A stretch of 64,000 nt of DNA from Candidatus Kerfeldbacteria bacterium (GTDB lineage Bacteria > Patescibacteriota > Patescibacteriia > UBA9570 > XYC2-FULL-38-9): assembly GCA_043813585.1 (NCBI GenBank), contig JBDRKW010000020.1, positions 265,034 through 329,033 on the forward strand. The letters run 5' to 3'. Positions within the stretch are counted from its first letter, which is position 1; each line of letters starts with the position of its first letter. Positions 19,962 through 28,813 of this stretch are shown piece after piece. Below the pieces are notes generated by a model that saw nothing but the letters and a program-made list of their open reading frames with translations, ran no database searches and was not told where the DNA came from. A program made the position numbers and the translations under genes.

Positions 19962-21230
19962 TTAGGATTTCTGACGCTGCGCCGTATGCGACGAACCGCG
20001 CGATATGTTCACTAAAATTCCTGCCGCAAACAATAGCATGATAAGCGAAGAGCTGCCATAACTGATGAACGGCAGCGTAATGCCGGTAAGCGGCAACAGG
20101 GACAGCATTGCTCCGATATTGACGAACGCCTGGAAGCCGACCCATGTCGCAATGCCGACCGCCAACAGCTTGCCAAACTGGTCCGGCGCATTCCTGGCGA
20201 CCTTCAGCGCCTGCAATGTAAAAATTAAGAACAGAGCCACAACACCCAGCGCAAATATGAAACCGAGTTCCTCGGCAATAATCGCAAAAATCGAATCGGT
20301 CGCAACTTCCGGCAGATAGTTGAACTTCTGCCGTGAATGTCCGAGACCCAGCCCGAAAAAGCCGCCCGAACCGATTGCCAGCAACGCCTGGTTCACATGG
20401 TAGCCGATCCCCTGCGGATCAATCTCAGGATTCAGGAACACCGTCAGACGGGCGGCGCGATACGGCGCAATCTTAATAAGCCCGGCAAGGGCAATAATGC
20501 CGCCCAAAAAAATGAGGCCCAGATGTTTCCATGGCGCTCCTGCGATAAAATACATAGTGACGGAAATGACTGCGATTACAATCGTCGTTCCGAGGTCTTT
20601 CTGCGCCACTGCGATCATCAGCACGAGTGCGCCCAGCATGACCAGAAACGACACAAATCCATACGAAAGATCCTCAACATCCTTACCCCTCTTCTCGAGC
20701 CATGCCGCCAAATAGATGAGGAAGGTCAACTTCACAACTTCGGACGGCTGAAAGTAAAAACCGCCGAGATTGATCCACCGTTTCGCGCCAAGAAGCTCCA
20801 CGCCAATGCCGGGAAGGAATACCGCAAACAACAGCAGCACCGTTACTGCGGCAATCGGGAAAGCATATTTTCGCCAGTAGCGATAATCTACCTTGGCCAT
20901 AATATAGAAACCCACGCCACCCAGCAAAACGCCATAAAACAATTGGTGCTTCAGGTAATGATAACTGTCGCCAAAGGCCTGGTAGGATAATACAGAACTG
21001 GCAGACGACAGCATGATCAACCCGAACAATATAATAACGCCCAGCAGTATGATAAGCGTCATATCCGGCTCTCCGAGTGAGTTCTTCAGTAACGACCGTG
21101 CCCCGGAACGCTTTCTGACATTCACTCTGCTTTCCGGAACGGCTGTGGTAATCTTCCTGCTGATACGCGAAAACGAGCGTTTTGCACGCCCGCGCTTTCT
21201 CCGCTCTTCCGGTGTATAGGACCTCGGCAT
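19962..21230 (-). CDS. ftsW: Peptidoglycan polymerase FtsW (SEDS family)
   Basis: GAKRWI, FQPSE..K, DLGT, AIGSGG..G.GLG.S.QK..YLPE..TDSIFAIIAEE, LPLTGITLPFISYG; directly upstream of murG. Confidence 0.94.
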   Translation of the reverse strand: MPRSYTPEERRKRGRAKRSFSRISRKITTAVPESRVNVRKRSGARSLLKNSLGEPDMTLIILLGVIILFGLIMLSSASSVLSYQAFGDSYHYLKHQLFYGVLLGGVGFYIMAKVDYRYWRKYAFPIAAVTVLLLFAVFLPGIGVELLGAKRWINLGGFYFQPSEVVKLTFLIYLAAWLEKRGKDVEDLSYGFVSFLVMLGALVLMIAVAQKDLGTTIVIAVISVTMYFIAGAPWKHLGLIFLGGIIALAGLIKIAPYRAARLTVFLNPEIDPQGIGYHVNQALLAIGSGGFFGLGLGHSRQKFNYLPEVATDSIFAIIAEELGFIFALGVVALFLIFTLQALKVARNAPDQFGKLLAVGIATWVGFQAFVNIGAMLSLLPLTGITLPFISYGSSSLIMLLFAAGILVNISRGSSHTAQRQKS

Positions 21231-21236
21231 ACGCAG

Positions 21237-21245
21237 ATTATACCA
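21237..21245 (-). promoter_or_regulatory. Extended -10 promoter for a leaderless ftsW transcript
   Basis: Minus strand TGGTATAAT-ctgcgt-ATG: 6 nt between the -10 box and the start codon, no SD. Confidence 0.65.
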
Positions 21246-21281
21246 GAAAATGACAGGTTTTTCATCCTGAACGCCATCAAT

Positions 21282-21310
21282 AAAAAAGCAGGGTCAGCGC
21301 CCTGCTTTTT
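21282..21310 (-). terminator. Intrinsic terminator closing the candidate ncRNA (symmetrical, may be bidirectional)
   Basis: Minus strand aaaaagcaggg-cgctga-ccctgctttttt. Confidence 0.8.
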
Positions 21311-21717
21311 CAGTATCTTCCTACATGGTGTGAAAGGACAAGATCTGGGCTGATCTGCCAAATTGCGCGCCCCAATCAACGGCCAGACCTGAACAAAGTT
21401 CAGGCGAGGAGAGAGATTTAGGCCGAAGTTGAGTACAATTTTGCAATCCAGAACGTTTGCCCTTTCATGACCAGGCAGGAAGATCGCGTCATTCTCTCCT
21501 TCTTATCCGGGTAGTTATACCCAGAAAGGTAGTGCCATCGATTATGCTGAGGAGGAGTCACATAATGGAGGCACCACCTTTCCAGGGCTAATCAAACAGA
21601 ACCTCGGGTTTGCTGATTAGCAGCGTTTCTGGGTTAACGTTCCTCCCAGAGGTGTGATGTCTCTAGAACATGCGTTGGAGGAATTGCATATTCGAGACAT
21701 CACACCTTTGAGGTGAA
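21282..21717 (-). ncRNA. Candidate large structured non-coding RNA, about 430 nt, family not recognised
   Basis: No credible protein gene; consensus promoter and terminator bracket five hairpins plus one long multi-helix domain; most stem mismatches are G-U on the minus strand. Confidence 0.75.
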
Positions 21718-21723
21718 CAAGCC

Positions 21724-21751
21724 ATTATACATGAAACAGTATCTTTGTCAA
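21724..21751 (-). promoter_or_regulatory. Consensus sigma70 promoter TTGACA-N16-TATAAT
   Basis: Minus strand ttgaca aagatactgtttcatg tataat; both hexamers are perfect matches. Confidence 0.85.
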
Positions 21752-21768
21752 GGCTCTATTTGGGGATG

Positions 21769-21811
21769 AAAAAACAGCATCTATGACTAATCTTAGCCAA
21801 ATTATGCTGTT
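21769..21811 (-). terminator. Probable lepA terminator
   Basis: Inverted repeat aacagcat/atgctgtt with inner ctaa/ttag, followed by a T-run on the minus strand. Confidence 0.45.
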
Positions 21812-23609
21812 ATCGCTTTAAAATAGCCAAGAATGCCTCTTGCGGAATATCCACCTTGCCCATTGATTTCATCTTTTTCTTTCCTTTTTTCTGTTTTTCA
21901 AGGAGTTTGCGCTTTCGTGACACATCCCCGCCATAGAGTTTTGCCGTAACATCCTTGCGCATTGGCGGAATCCGCTCGCCTGCAATAACCTTACTGCCAA
22001 TTGCCGCCTGTATCTTCACTTCAAACATCTGGCGCGGCAACAGATCCTTTAACGCCTTCACCACACTGCGGCCGGCCCGCTCAGCTTCATCCCGGTACAC
22101 CATTGATGCCAATGCACCAATCGACTCTTCAGCAACTAGTATATCCATCCGGACGATATTCGCATTCTGATACCCGTTGAACTCATAGTTGAGTGACCCG
22201 TAACCGGACGTAACATTTTTCAATTTATCATAAAAATCCACCACCAAGCCGGCAAGCGGCACTACGTAGTGAATGATCACGCGCGTTTCATCTATATATT
22301 CCAATTCATTTTTTGCGGGAGTCGCGCGCTTTTCCGAAAGCAGCTGCATCACTGCGCCAATATAAGTGGTAGGCGTCACGATGTCTGCGGTCATAACCGG
22401 CTCTTCAATATGTTCGATAGTGGACGGATCCGGCAGATCCAGAGGGGAAGATACAATCTGGTTCTTTCCGTCGTTCGTGAAGACCCGGTACGCCACCGAC
22501 GGCGTTGTGACGATCAGGTCCAGGTCAAACTCCCTCCGCAGCCGTTCACTGATAATATCAAGATGCAGCATCCCAAGAAATCCGCACCTGAATCCAAAAC
22601 CAAGCGCAACCGAGTTTTCCGGCTCATACACCAGCGCGGCATCATTGAGCTTCAAACGGCCCACGGCTTCGCGCAGCTCAGGATATCTTGACGTATCTTT
22701 TGCGTAGATGCCGGCGTACACCATCGGCCTTACTTCCTTGTATCCCGGTAACGGATCCTCTGCCTGATGTGCGCGCAACGTCACCGTATCGCCAACGCGC
22801 GCATCGCTGACCCCTTTAAATCCCGTTACGATATAACCAATCTCTCCTGCTCCGAGGGAATCCTTCTTTTGGAGCGATGGGTGAAACGTCCCGACTTCCA
22901 ATGCTTCTGAATGCGTCCCCTGTCCCATCAAATAAATGCTGTCCCCGGTTTTTATTGACCCGTCTTCAACGCGGACATATGCAATCACGCCGCGGTAATC
23001 ATCAAATACAGAATCGAAAATAAGCGCGCGTGTCCATTCCGGCGTTGTCTCCACCGGCGGCGGAACCTGGGCAACAATCGCCTGTAAGACCTGTTCGACA
23101 TTTTCACCTGTCTTGGCGGATATTTTAATGATATCATCGTCCGAACATCCAATCAGCTTTTGTATCTCAGCGCTCACGCGCGGCACATCGGCAACCGGAA
23201 GGTCGATTTTATTGATCACGGGAATAATGGTGAGATCCTGCTCCAGCGCAAGGTACAGATTCGCAAGCGTTTGAGCCTGTATGCCCTGGGAAGCATCGAC
23301 AACCAAAAGCGCTCCCTCGCAGGCCTGAAGCGACCGGGATACTTCATATGAAAAATCAACATGCCCGGGGGTATCGATCAAATTTATTATGTACTCCCTA
23401 CCGTCCACCGTATACCGCATGCGCGCGGGCTGCAGCTTAATCGTAATGCCGCGTTCGCGCTCAAGATCCATCTGATCAAGAACCTGTTCTTTCATCTCGC
23501 GCTTGTCGACAGTGTGCGTCAATTCCAACAGCCGGTCCGCCAGCGTGGACTTTCCGTGGTCAATATGAGCGAGTATGCAGAAATTTCGTATCTGATCCAT
23601 AGCGTGCAT
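21810..23609 (-). CDS. lepA: Elongation factor 4 (LepA)
   Basis: IRNFCILAHIDHGKSTLADR, ERERGITIK, DTPGHVDF, GFRCGFLG.LH, RKDVTAKLYGGD..RKRKLLEKQK; start may be 23600. Confidence 0.98.
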   Translation of the reverse strand: MHAMDQIRNFCILAHIDHGKSTLADRLLELTHTVDKREMKEQVLDQMDLERERGITIKLQPARMRYTVDGREYIINLIDTPGHVDFSYEVSRSLQACEGALLVVDASQGIQAQTLANLYLALEQDLTIIPVINKIDLPVADVPRVSAEIQKLIGCSDDDIIKISAKTGENVEQVLQAIVAQVPPPVETTPEWTRALIFDSVFDDYRGVIAYVRVEDGSIKTGDSIYLMGQGTHSEALEVGTFHPSLQKKDSLGAGEIGYIVTGFKGVSDARVGDTVTLRAHQAEDPLPGYKEVRPMVYAGIYAKDTSRYPELREAVGRLKLNDAALVYEPENSVALGFGFRCGFLGMLHLDIISERLRREFDLDLIVTTPSVAYRVFTNDGKNQIVSSPLDLPDPSTIEHIEEPVMTADIVTPTTYIGAVMQLLSEKRATPAKNELEYIDETRVIIHYVVPLAGLVVDFYDKLKNVTSGYGSLNYEFNGYQNANIVRMDILVAEESIGALASMVYRDEAERAGRSVVKALKDLLPRQMFEVKIQAAIGSKVIAGERIPPMRKDVTAKLYGGDVSRKRKLLEKQKKGKKKMKSMGKVDIPQEAFLAILKR

Positions 23610-23641
23610 AGGGTACCAAACAAGCCGGTAAAATCAAGTGT

Positions 23642-25225
23642 TCACCCGGTAATCTGCCTCCACATGCTTATGGCTTTATCCCGAATGGTATACGCCTCCT
23701 TGAAACGGAACTGTGCGGCGATCAGGATGTATGTTACGCCACCTGCAAGAATCGCTGCCAAACTCTGAATAAGTATTCCTTTAAATGTCTGCATATCCAC
23801 CATCGGGGCAACAATATATTTCGCTCCTTGGATGACCAGGCCCATTCCGAGTGAAGCGATAATAATCTTCCAGGTTGAAGAGATAAGCAGTTCGTCATCC
23901 AGGTCGCCATGGCGCACGCGAAGAGTGGCAAGCAATGCGACCATTTGGAACAGTGCCGCTATGGAAAACGCGAGCGCCAGTCCGGTTACTCCCATGGAAC
24001 CGGCCAGCGAAAGCGCGAGCACGATATTTAACGCCATTGCAATTGAACTTATAACGACCGGGGTCTTCGTGTCCTGCTTTGCGAAGAACGAGCGTGCCAG
24101 AAGCGGTATGGCCGCCTGCGCAAACATGGAGAGTGCAAACATTCCAAGAGTTTGCGCAGTTAAAATCGTATCAGTCCAGTCAAACTCGCCGGAACCATAG
24201 ACGAGACGAACGATCTGGGCACGAAGCAGCAGCGTCGCGATAGAAATCGGAATAATAAAAAATAAAATCCGGCGAAAACTTTCAGAAAACAGCTTTTTAA
24301 ACGCGTTGATATCTTTTTTTGCAAACGCCTCGGAAAAAACCGGAAATGCAGCAAGCGCAAGCGACACGCCAAAAATATTAATGGGAAAGTGCTGCAAGTT
24401 ATCCGCAAATTGCCAAATTGAACGCGTCCCTTCGTCCATCGTAGATGCAATCGCGAATATGATTATGATATTCAATTGCGTCAGTCCCAGGGCAAACGCC
24501 CGCGGCGGCATCAGTTTAATGATTTGGCGTACTCCCGCATTCCTCAGCTGCATAATCGGTGCGTAGCGGAAACCGGCACGCATAGCACCAGGTAGCAAAA
24601 TGAGAAAATGAAGTGCCGCTCCAAGAACAACACCAAGCGCCAGGCCAATGTCTCCAATCATCGGCTTCAATACCAGGATGCCTATAATGATTCCGACATT
24701 GTACAAAATCGGCGCCATGGCATACACGAAAAATTTCTTGTACGCGTGCAGAACTCCCGATAACACATTACTCACTCCCAGAAGAACCAAAGAGGCAAGC
24801 ATGAGCCTCGTAAAGAGAACCGTCGTCTCCTGTTGCGCCGCAGTATCGCCAAACGCGATCAACGAAACTATCCACGGGGCAAAAATAAAGCAGAGTACGG
24901 CAAAACCGATGAGGGACAAAAGCGCAAGGTTCAATACCGAATTAGCGATCTTCATCGCTTCCTGTTCGCCCTTGTTCTTTTTAAACTCGATAAACACCGG
25001 CACAAACGCCGCTGACAGCAGACCGAGAACAAAAATATTAAAGATAAAATCCGGAATCTTGAACGCAGTAAAATAACTGTCGAGCAGTTCCCCAGGGCCG
25101 ATTGTTGCTGATAATAAACGGTCGCGTAACAGGCCCAAAATACGACTTAACACTGAAGCAGAGCCGATGATGATGGCTCCGCCCGCTATTGTCTTTTGAA
25201 GTTTTCCGATAAATCGCTCTGGCAT
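23642..25225 (-). CDS. murJ: Lipid II flippase MurJ (MviN)
   Basis: SRILGLLRD, AFKIPD, AAFVPVF, FFAKQDTKTPV; about 14 TM helices. Confidence 0.94.
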   Translation of the reverse strand: MPERFIGKLQKTIAGGAIIIGSASVLSRILGLLRDRLLSATIGPGELLDSYFTAFKIPDFIFNIFVLGLLSAAFVPVFIEFKKNKGEQEAMKIANSVLNLALLSLIGFAVLCFIFAPWIVSLIAFGDTAAQQETTVLFTRLMLASLVLLGVSNVLSGVLHAYKKFFVYAMAPILYNVGIIIGILVLKPMIGDIGLALGVVLGAALHFLILLPGAMRAGFRYAPIMQLRNAGVRQIIKLMPPRAFALGLTQLNIIIIFAIASTMDEGTRSIWQFADNLQHFPINIFGVSLALAAFPVFSEAFAKKDINAFKKLFSESFRRILFFIIPISIATLLLRAQIVRLVYGSGEFDWTDTILTAQTLGMFALSMFAQAAIPLLARSFFAKQDTKTPVVISSIAMALNIVLALSLAGSMGVTGLALAFSIAALFQMVALLATLRVRHGDLDDELLISSTWKIIIASLGMGLVIQGAKYIVAPMVDMQTFKGILIQSLAAILAGGVTYILIAAQFRFKEAYTIRDKAISMWRQITG

Positions 25226-25239
25226 GATGTTCTACATAA

Positions 25240-27693
25240 TTAGTCCGCCTGGCTCAGCACAATGCCGGCAAAATAGTCACTCGTTAGCATCATCTGGTCT
25301 TCGCCGGTATAGGTCTCCGGGAAAAAACGGACCGCCTCGATTGTTGACGGCAACGCCACTTCCGACACGAAGAAATTCCCAAAGCTGCCGGGCTGTTTCT
25401 GTACCAATAGCGAATACCGGTCAGTCTGGTTCCATATCGATCCGACATCGATGACAAATGGCAGCTGGTACTGCAGTTCCACGGTTGAGCTTTCGCCAGG
25501 CTCCGTCTGAATCCATCCGCCGAATACCGTCTTTTCAAACTCATTATTCGTCGTTATGCCAAGCGCGCCAAATGTCGTACTGTCGCCGGTAATACGCATC
25601 AGATCCTCATCTTCCAGCGCGTTCTTGTCCGGATCCAGGAAATAGGATGACTCAGGCGTATCAAAGCCCTGCGCTGTCAGAAGCCGGCTGCCCTGCGGTA
25701 CGTAGAATCTTGCATAATCAATATTTTTCACGCCGCTGAACGCACTGCCTGAATCCCCTTTATGGATGCGCGTCAGTGTTACTGTATCAATCACTGAACC
25801 GTCCGGCTGGATTTCAGCACGATGCTTGACGACCTCCTCAATGGCTCCGTCCGTCTTACCGCCGGAGATATTCGCGTGAATCACCGCCAGGTAATCGCGG
25901 TCGGTCACTTTGAGTTCCCCTGCCCAGTCATGTTCCGAAACTTCCTGCTGCGCAGTAATGTCGTTCATCGCGACAAGAATATCCTTTTCTTCAAGCGCCG
26001 TGCGCAGCATTGTCACAAGCCGCAACAGGCTCTGCGGATCTTCAGCCGACGCAAAGAGCTTGTTAAACAGTATCGGCGTCATATCGGTAAGGATCTTCTT
26101 TGACTCCCGTGTCACGTCATACTTCTCTTCGGCGCGCACCTGTACCTCGTCATAAAAATTTTCCGAATCGATTATCACGCCGTAATCTTCTGTCATGTCA
26201 ATCGGGCCCGTTATCTCCAGCATTCGCTCAATAACGCTTGGAACGAGGGTGATAACGCCATCAACAGGCTCCCCGCCGCTCTCTTCATAAAACCACTGTA
26301 TCTTCCGCGCGCTTGAAGGAAAATGCGGAAACCAGTTCGCGTCCTGCAAATTCCAGTATGGATTCACCAGATGGAGCGGTTCAGGCGCAATTAATTTCTG
26401 TCCAAACTGGCCGGAGATATCGTACACGCCGCCGCCGGGAACATCCAGGCCGGTAACAACGCCGTTGTAGACATCAATTACGGCCAAACTCCCGATAAAC
26501 CCGCCGGTCGGGCGCATTTCATAATTATTCTGGAATAAAACCAAGTACCGTTTTTGCTCATCATGCCCAAGGACGGTAAGCAACAATTCGGTCATATCAA
26601 GTCCATCCCGCAGCGCGCGCTGCACCGCCGGCAGCGATGTTGTTGCTGACGCCACAATACCACGCTTATCTTCCGGAACAGCTTCGAGCGATACTTCATT
26701 TAAATGCATTGCCGCTGAATCGATGTATTGAACTGACGAATCAAGAGCGGAATGCACCACGAGTAGCACGGCGGTTAACCCCTGCTTATTATCCTGCGCT
26801 ACTGCCGATAAATCTACCGAAGATAAAACGCCAAGCGCTTTTGACATTTGCTCGCCTGCAGCTGCCAGGTCCTCTCCTGCCGAAACCAGATGCGTGCCTG
26901 AATAGAGTTGCTTTCCTTTTCCAGGAATATATTTTGCCACAGAAACAATAACCGAATTCAGCGAAGCCAGCTCCGCCTGCACCGATTCAAAGCGGTCCGA
27001 AGCAAGGCCGAACTCTGTCTCCGCTTCGGTAAAATCAAAACCCATCAGGCTGTCACCGGCGAGCTGCAAGTGTTCAAACGCTTCTTCAGAGGACTTCACA
27101 ACGACCCGCTCGAGGTCTGAGCTGGTGTTCAGCATTGCTGAAACGCTGGCCGGCAATACAAATACCAACGCCAGCAACACAAATGCACCAAGCGGCTTCC
27201 CGACCGTTGTAAACGACAGCCCGAATATCGGCAGTTTGTCCTTCTTCGCCTCTGACATCTGCGCATTAGTAATCGGACGATTCCAATACGACTCGCGCGG
27301 TTTCTTCTGTTTCTTTTGCCGCACAGGTTTTACAGCGCTTTTTGGCTTTTTCGGCGCTTCCACCCGTGAAAACAATCCTGCCTTCTTATTTTTTCCTGTC
27401 GTTTTCGCTATTGAAAATGGCACCGAAAGATCATCCTCTGGCGCGCTTTTACCCCTCTTTGCTTTCTTTATCTTTTTTCGCTGCGTCTTCAGTACAGCCT
27501 GCTTTTCTCTTCGCTCTTTCTTTCCGCTTACTGCCTCTTGTTTAGCGACAATACTGCGCAAATCCAAAACATTCAAATGAGGAATCGTTTCTTGTTCCGG
27601 AGATGATTCGCCTTTATATGTTGAGATTCGAATCGTTTCAACCTTTGGCCTGCTCCGACGTGTTGTTTTCTTTGTGTTTTCCAAGTTGCTCAT
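25240..27693 (-). CDS. DUF4012 domain membrane-anchored protein
   Basis: YLVLFQNNYEMRPTGGFIGS, DANW.PHFP.SA, VDGVI, N..GGK.D, Y.LLVQKQPG; basic N-terminal region; start uncertain. Confidence 0.8.
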   Translation of the reverse strand: MSNLENTKKTTRRSRPKVETIRISTYKGESSPEQETIPHLNVLDLRSIVAKQEAVSGKKERREKQAVLKTQRKKIKKAKRGKSAPEDDLSVPFSIAKTTGKNKKAGLFSRVEAPKKPKSAVKPVRQKKQKKPRESYWNRPITNAQMSEAKKDKLPIFGLSFTTVGKPLGAFVLLALVFVLPASVSAMLNTSSDLERVVVKSSEEAFEHLQLAGDSLMGFDFTEAETEFGLASDRFESVQAELASLNSVIVSVAKYIPGKGKQLYSGTHLVSAGEDLAAAGEQMSKALGVLSSVDLSAVAQDNKQGLTAVLLVVHSALDSSVQYIDSAAMHLNEVSLEAVPEDKRGIVASATTSLPAVQRALRDGLDMTELLLTVLGHDEQKRYLVLFQNNYEMRPTGGFIGSLAVIDVYNGVVTGLDVPGGGVYDISGQFGQKLIAPEPLHLVNPYWNLQDANWFPHFPSSARKIQWFYEESGGEPVDGVITLVPSVIERMLEITGPIDMTEDYGVIIDSENFYDEVQVRAEEKYDVTRESKKILTDMTPILFNKLFASAEDPQSLLRLVTMLRTALEEKDILVAMNDITAQQEVSEHDWAGELKVTDRDYLAVIHANISGGKTDGAIEEVVKHRAEIQPDGSVIDTVTLTRIHKGDSGSAFSGVKNIDYARFYVPQGSRLLTAQGFDTPESSYFLDPDKNALEDEDLMRITGDSTTFGALGITTNNEFEKTVFGGWIQTEPGESSTVELQYQLPFVIDVGSIWNQTDRYSLLVQKQPGSFGNFFVSEVALPSTIEAVRFFPETYTGEDQMMLTSDYFAGIVLSQAD

Positions 27694-28813
27694 AAAGATT
27701 GAGGGTTTGTCTCGCCATGTCGCTCCACGAATACTTCTTCACCTGAAGAAAACCCTTATTGATCAGCTCTTGCCTTGTTGAAGGGTTATCACTAACCGTT
27801 TTAATGGCGTTTATTATACCAGAAACGTCCTCCGGATGGAAGTATAGTGCCGCGTCCCCTAGTATCTCATGCAGGCAGGATGATTTTGCCGCCAGTACCG
27901 GTGCGCCATAGCTCATCGCTTCCAATGGCGGAAGGCCAAAACCCTCATACCGCGAAGGAAAAATATACGCCAGCGCATTTCTATACAGCGCCGGTAGCTC
28001 TTTGTCCGGAACAAACTCGGTAAACAGGACGTTGTCATCAACGTTCTTCGCCCATGCATCCTGCTTCAATCGTTTATAAAAATGATCCATCTTGCCAACG
28101 AGTACGAACTTCCATGGCACCTGGTCATAAGTATCATTCAGCATTTTGGCAACGTCCAGCAGCGTCTCCAGGTTTTTATGCGGATACGCGTTGCCAACAT
28201 ACAACACGTACGGCTTCTTTATGGAGTAGCCGGCCAACACGCTTTCGTCATCCGACACGTCTTCATCCTGCCGCGGGGCATCGGCCGCCTCATAGGTTAC
28301 CGTGACTTTCTCGCCAGGAATATCGTAATAGCGAACTATATCCTGCTTGGAAAATTCCGACACCGTAATGATTTGCTGCGAATTACGCACCGCATGGCGC
28401 ATGACCATCTTACCGGCCCAATGCTTGAACTTATACAGCAGCGGTCCTAGCGTTGTTGCGCGCTCTGTAGGAAAATGAATGATGATAAGGTCATGGATTG
28501 TCGCGATGAAAGGTTTCCGGTACATCAACGGCACGTTAAAATGAGGGAAGTGCATGAAATCAACACCTGCTCTCCAAATCTTCAGCGGCATAAACACCTG
28601 CTCTTTAAACGTATACCAGTGGTATGGTGCGAGGACTGGCGTAAATTTCGGATTGGAAATCTTCCAGTTCTTAAAAGAGTCTTCCTGAAGAAAAACCACA
28701 TATTCATTGTCGTGGTCGTATTCAGCGAGGTATTCAATCAGCTTCTGCGTATACCGTCCTAACCCCTTTGACTGCTCGCCGCCATAAAATCGTGCGTCGA
28801 TGCCAATCTTCAT
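27638..28813 (-). CDS. Glycosyltransferase family 4
   Basis: MKIGIDAR..GLGRY, TIHDL, TVSEFSK.DI, YVGNAYPHKN, FPSRYEGFGLPPLEAM. Confidence 0.92.
   Translation of the reverse strand: MKIGIDARFYGGEQSKGLGRYTQKLIEYLAEYDHDNEYVVFLQEDSFKNWKISNPKFTPVLAPYHWYTFKEQVFMPLKIWRAGVDFMHFPHFNVPLMYRKPFIATIHDLIIIHFPTERATTLGPLLYKFKHWAGKMVMRHAVRNSQQIITVSEFSKQDIVRYYDIPGEKVTVTYEAADAPRQDEDVSDDESVLAGYSIKKPYVLYVGNAYPHKNLETLLDVAKMLNDTYDQVPWKFVLVGKMDHFYKRLKQDAWAKNVDDNVLFTEFVPDKELPALYRNALAYIFPSRYEGFGLPPLEAMSYGAPVLAAKSSCLHEILGDAALYFHPEDVSGIINAIKTVSDNPSTRQELINKGFLQVKKYSWSDMARQTLNLYEQLGKHKENNTSEQAKG

Noticed and set aside
21122-21379. 85-aa minus-strand ORF from the ORF track
   Set aside because: It crosses a terminator, overlaps ftsW out of frame and has no recognisable features.
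21568-21582. T-box-like AAGGUGGUGCC, implying an attenuator for ftsW
   Set aside because: It is locked in a 13-bp stem about 260 nt from the terminator, and ftsW has its own promoter downstream of the terminator.
21545-21685. CsrB/RsmZ-like GGA loops and an 8-codon ORF (MEAPPFQG) on the plus strand
   Set aside because: The promoter, terminator position and most G-U wobble pairs favour the minus strand; no plus-strand promoter was seen.
21282-21717. RNase P RNA or tmRNA identity for the structured RNA
   Set aside because: GAGGAACGUU resembles the RNase P GAGGAAAGUC motif, but I found no 3' P4 partner and no 5'/3' P1 helix. There is no GGGG 5' end, T-loop or CCA 3' end for tmRNA. A covariance-model search is still needed to exclude highly diverged forms.
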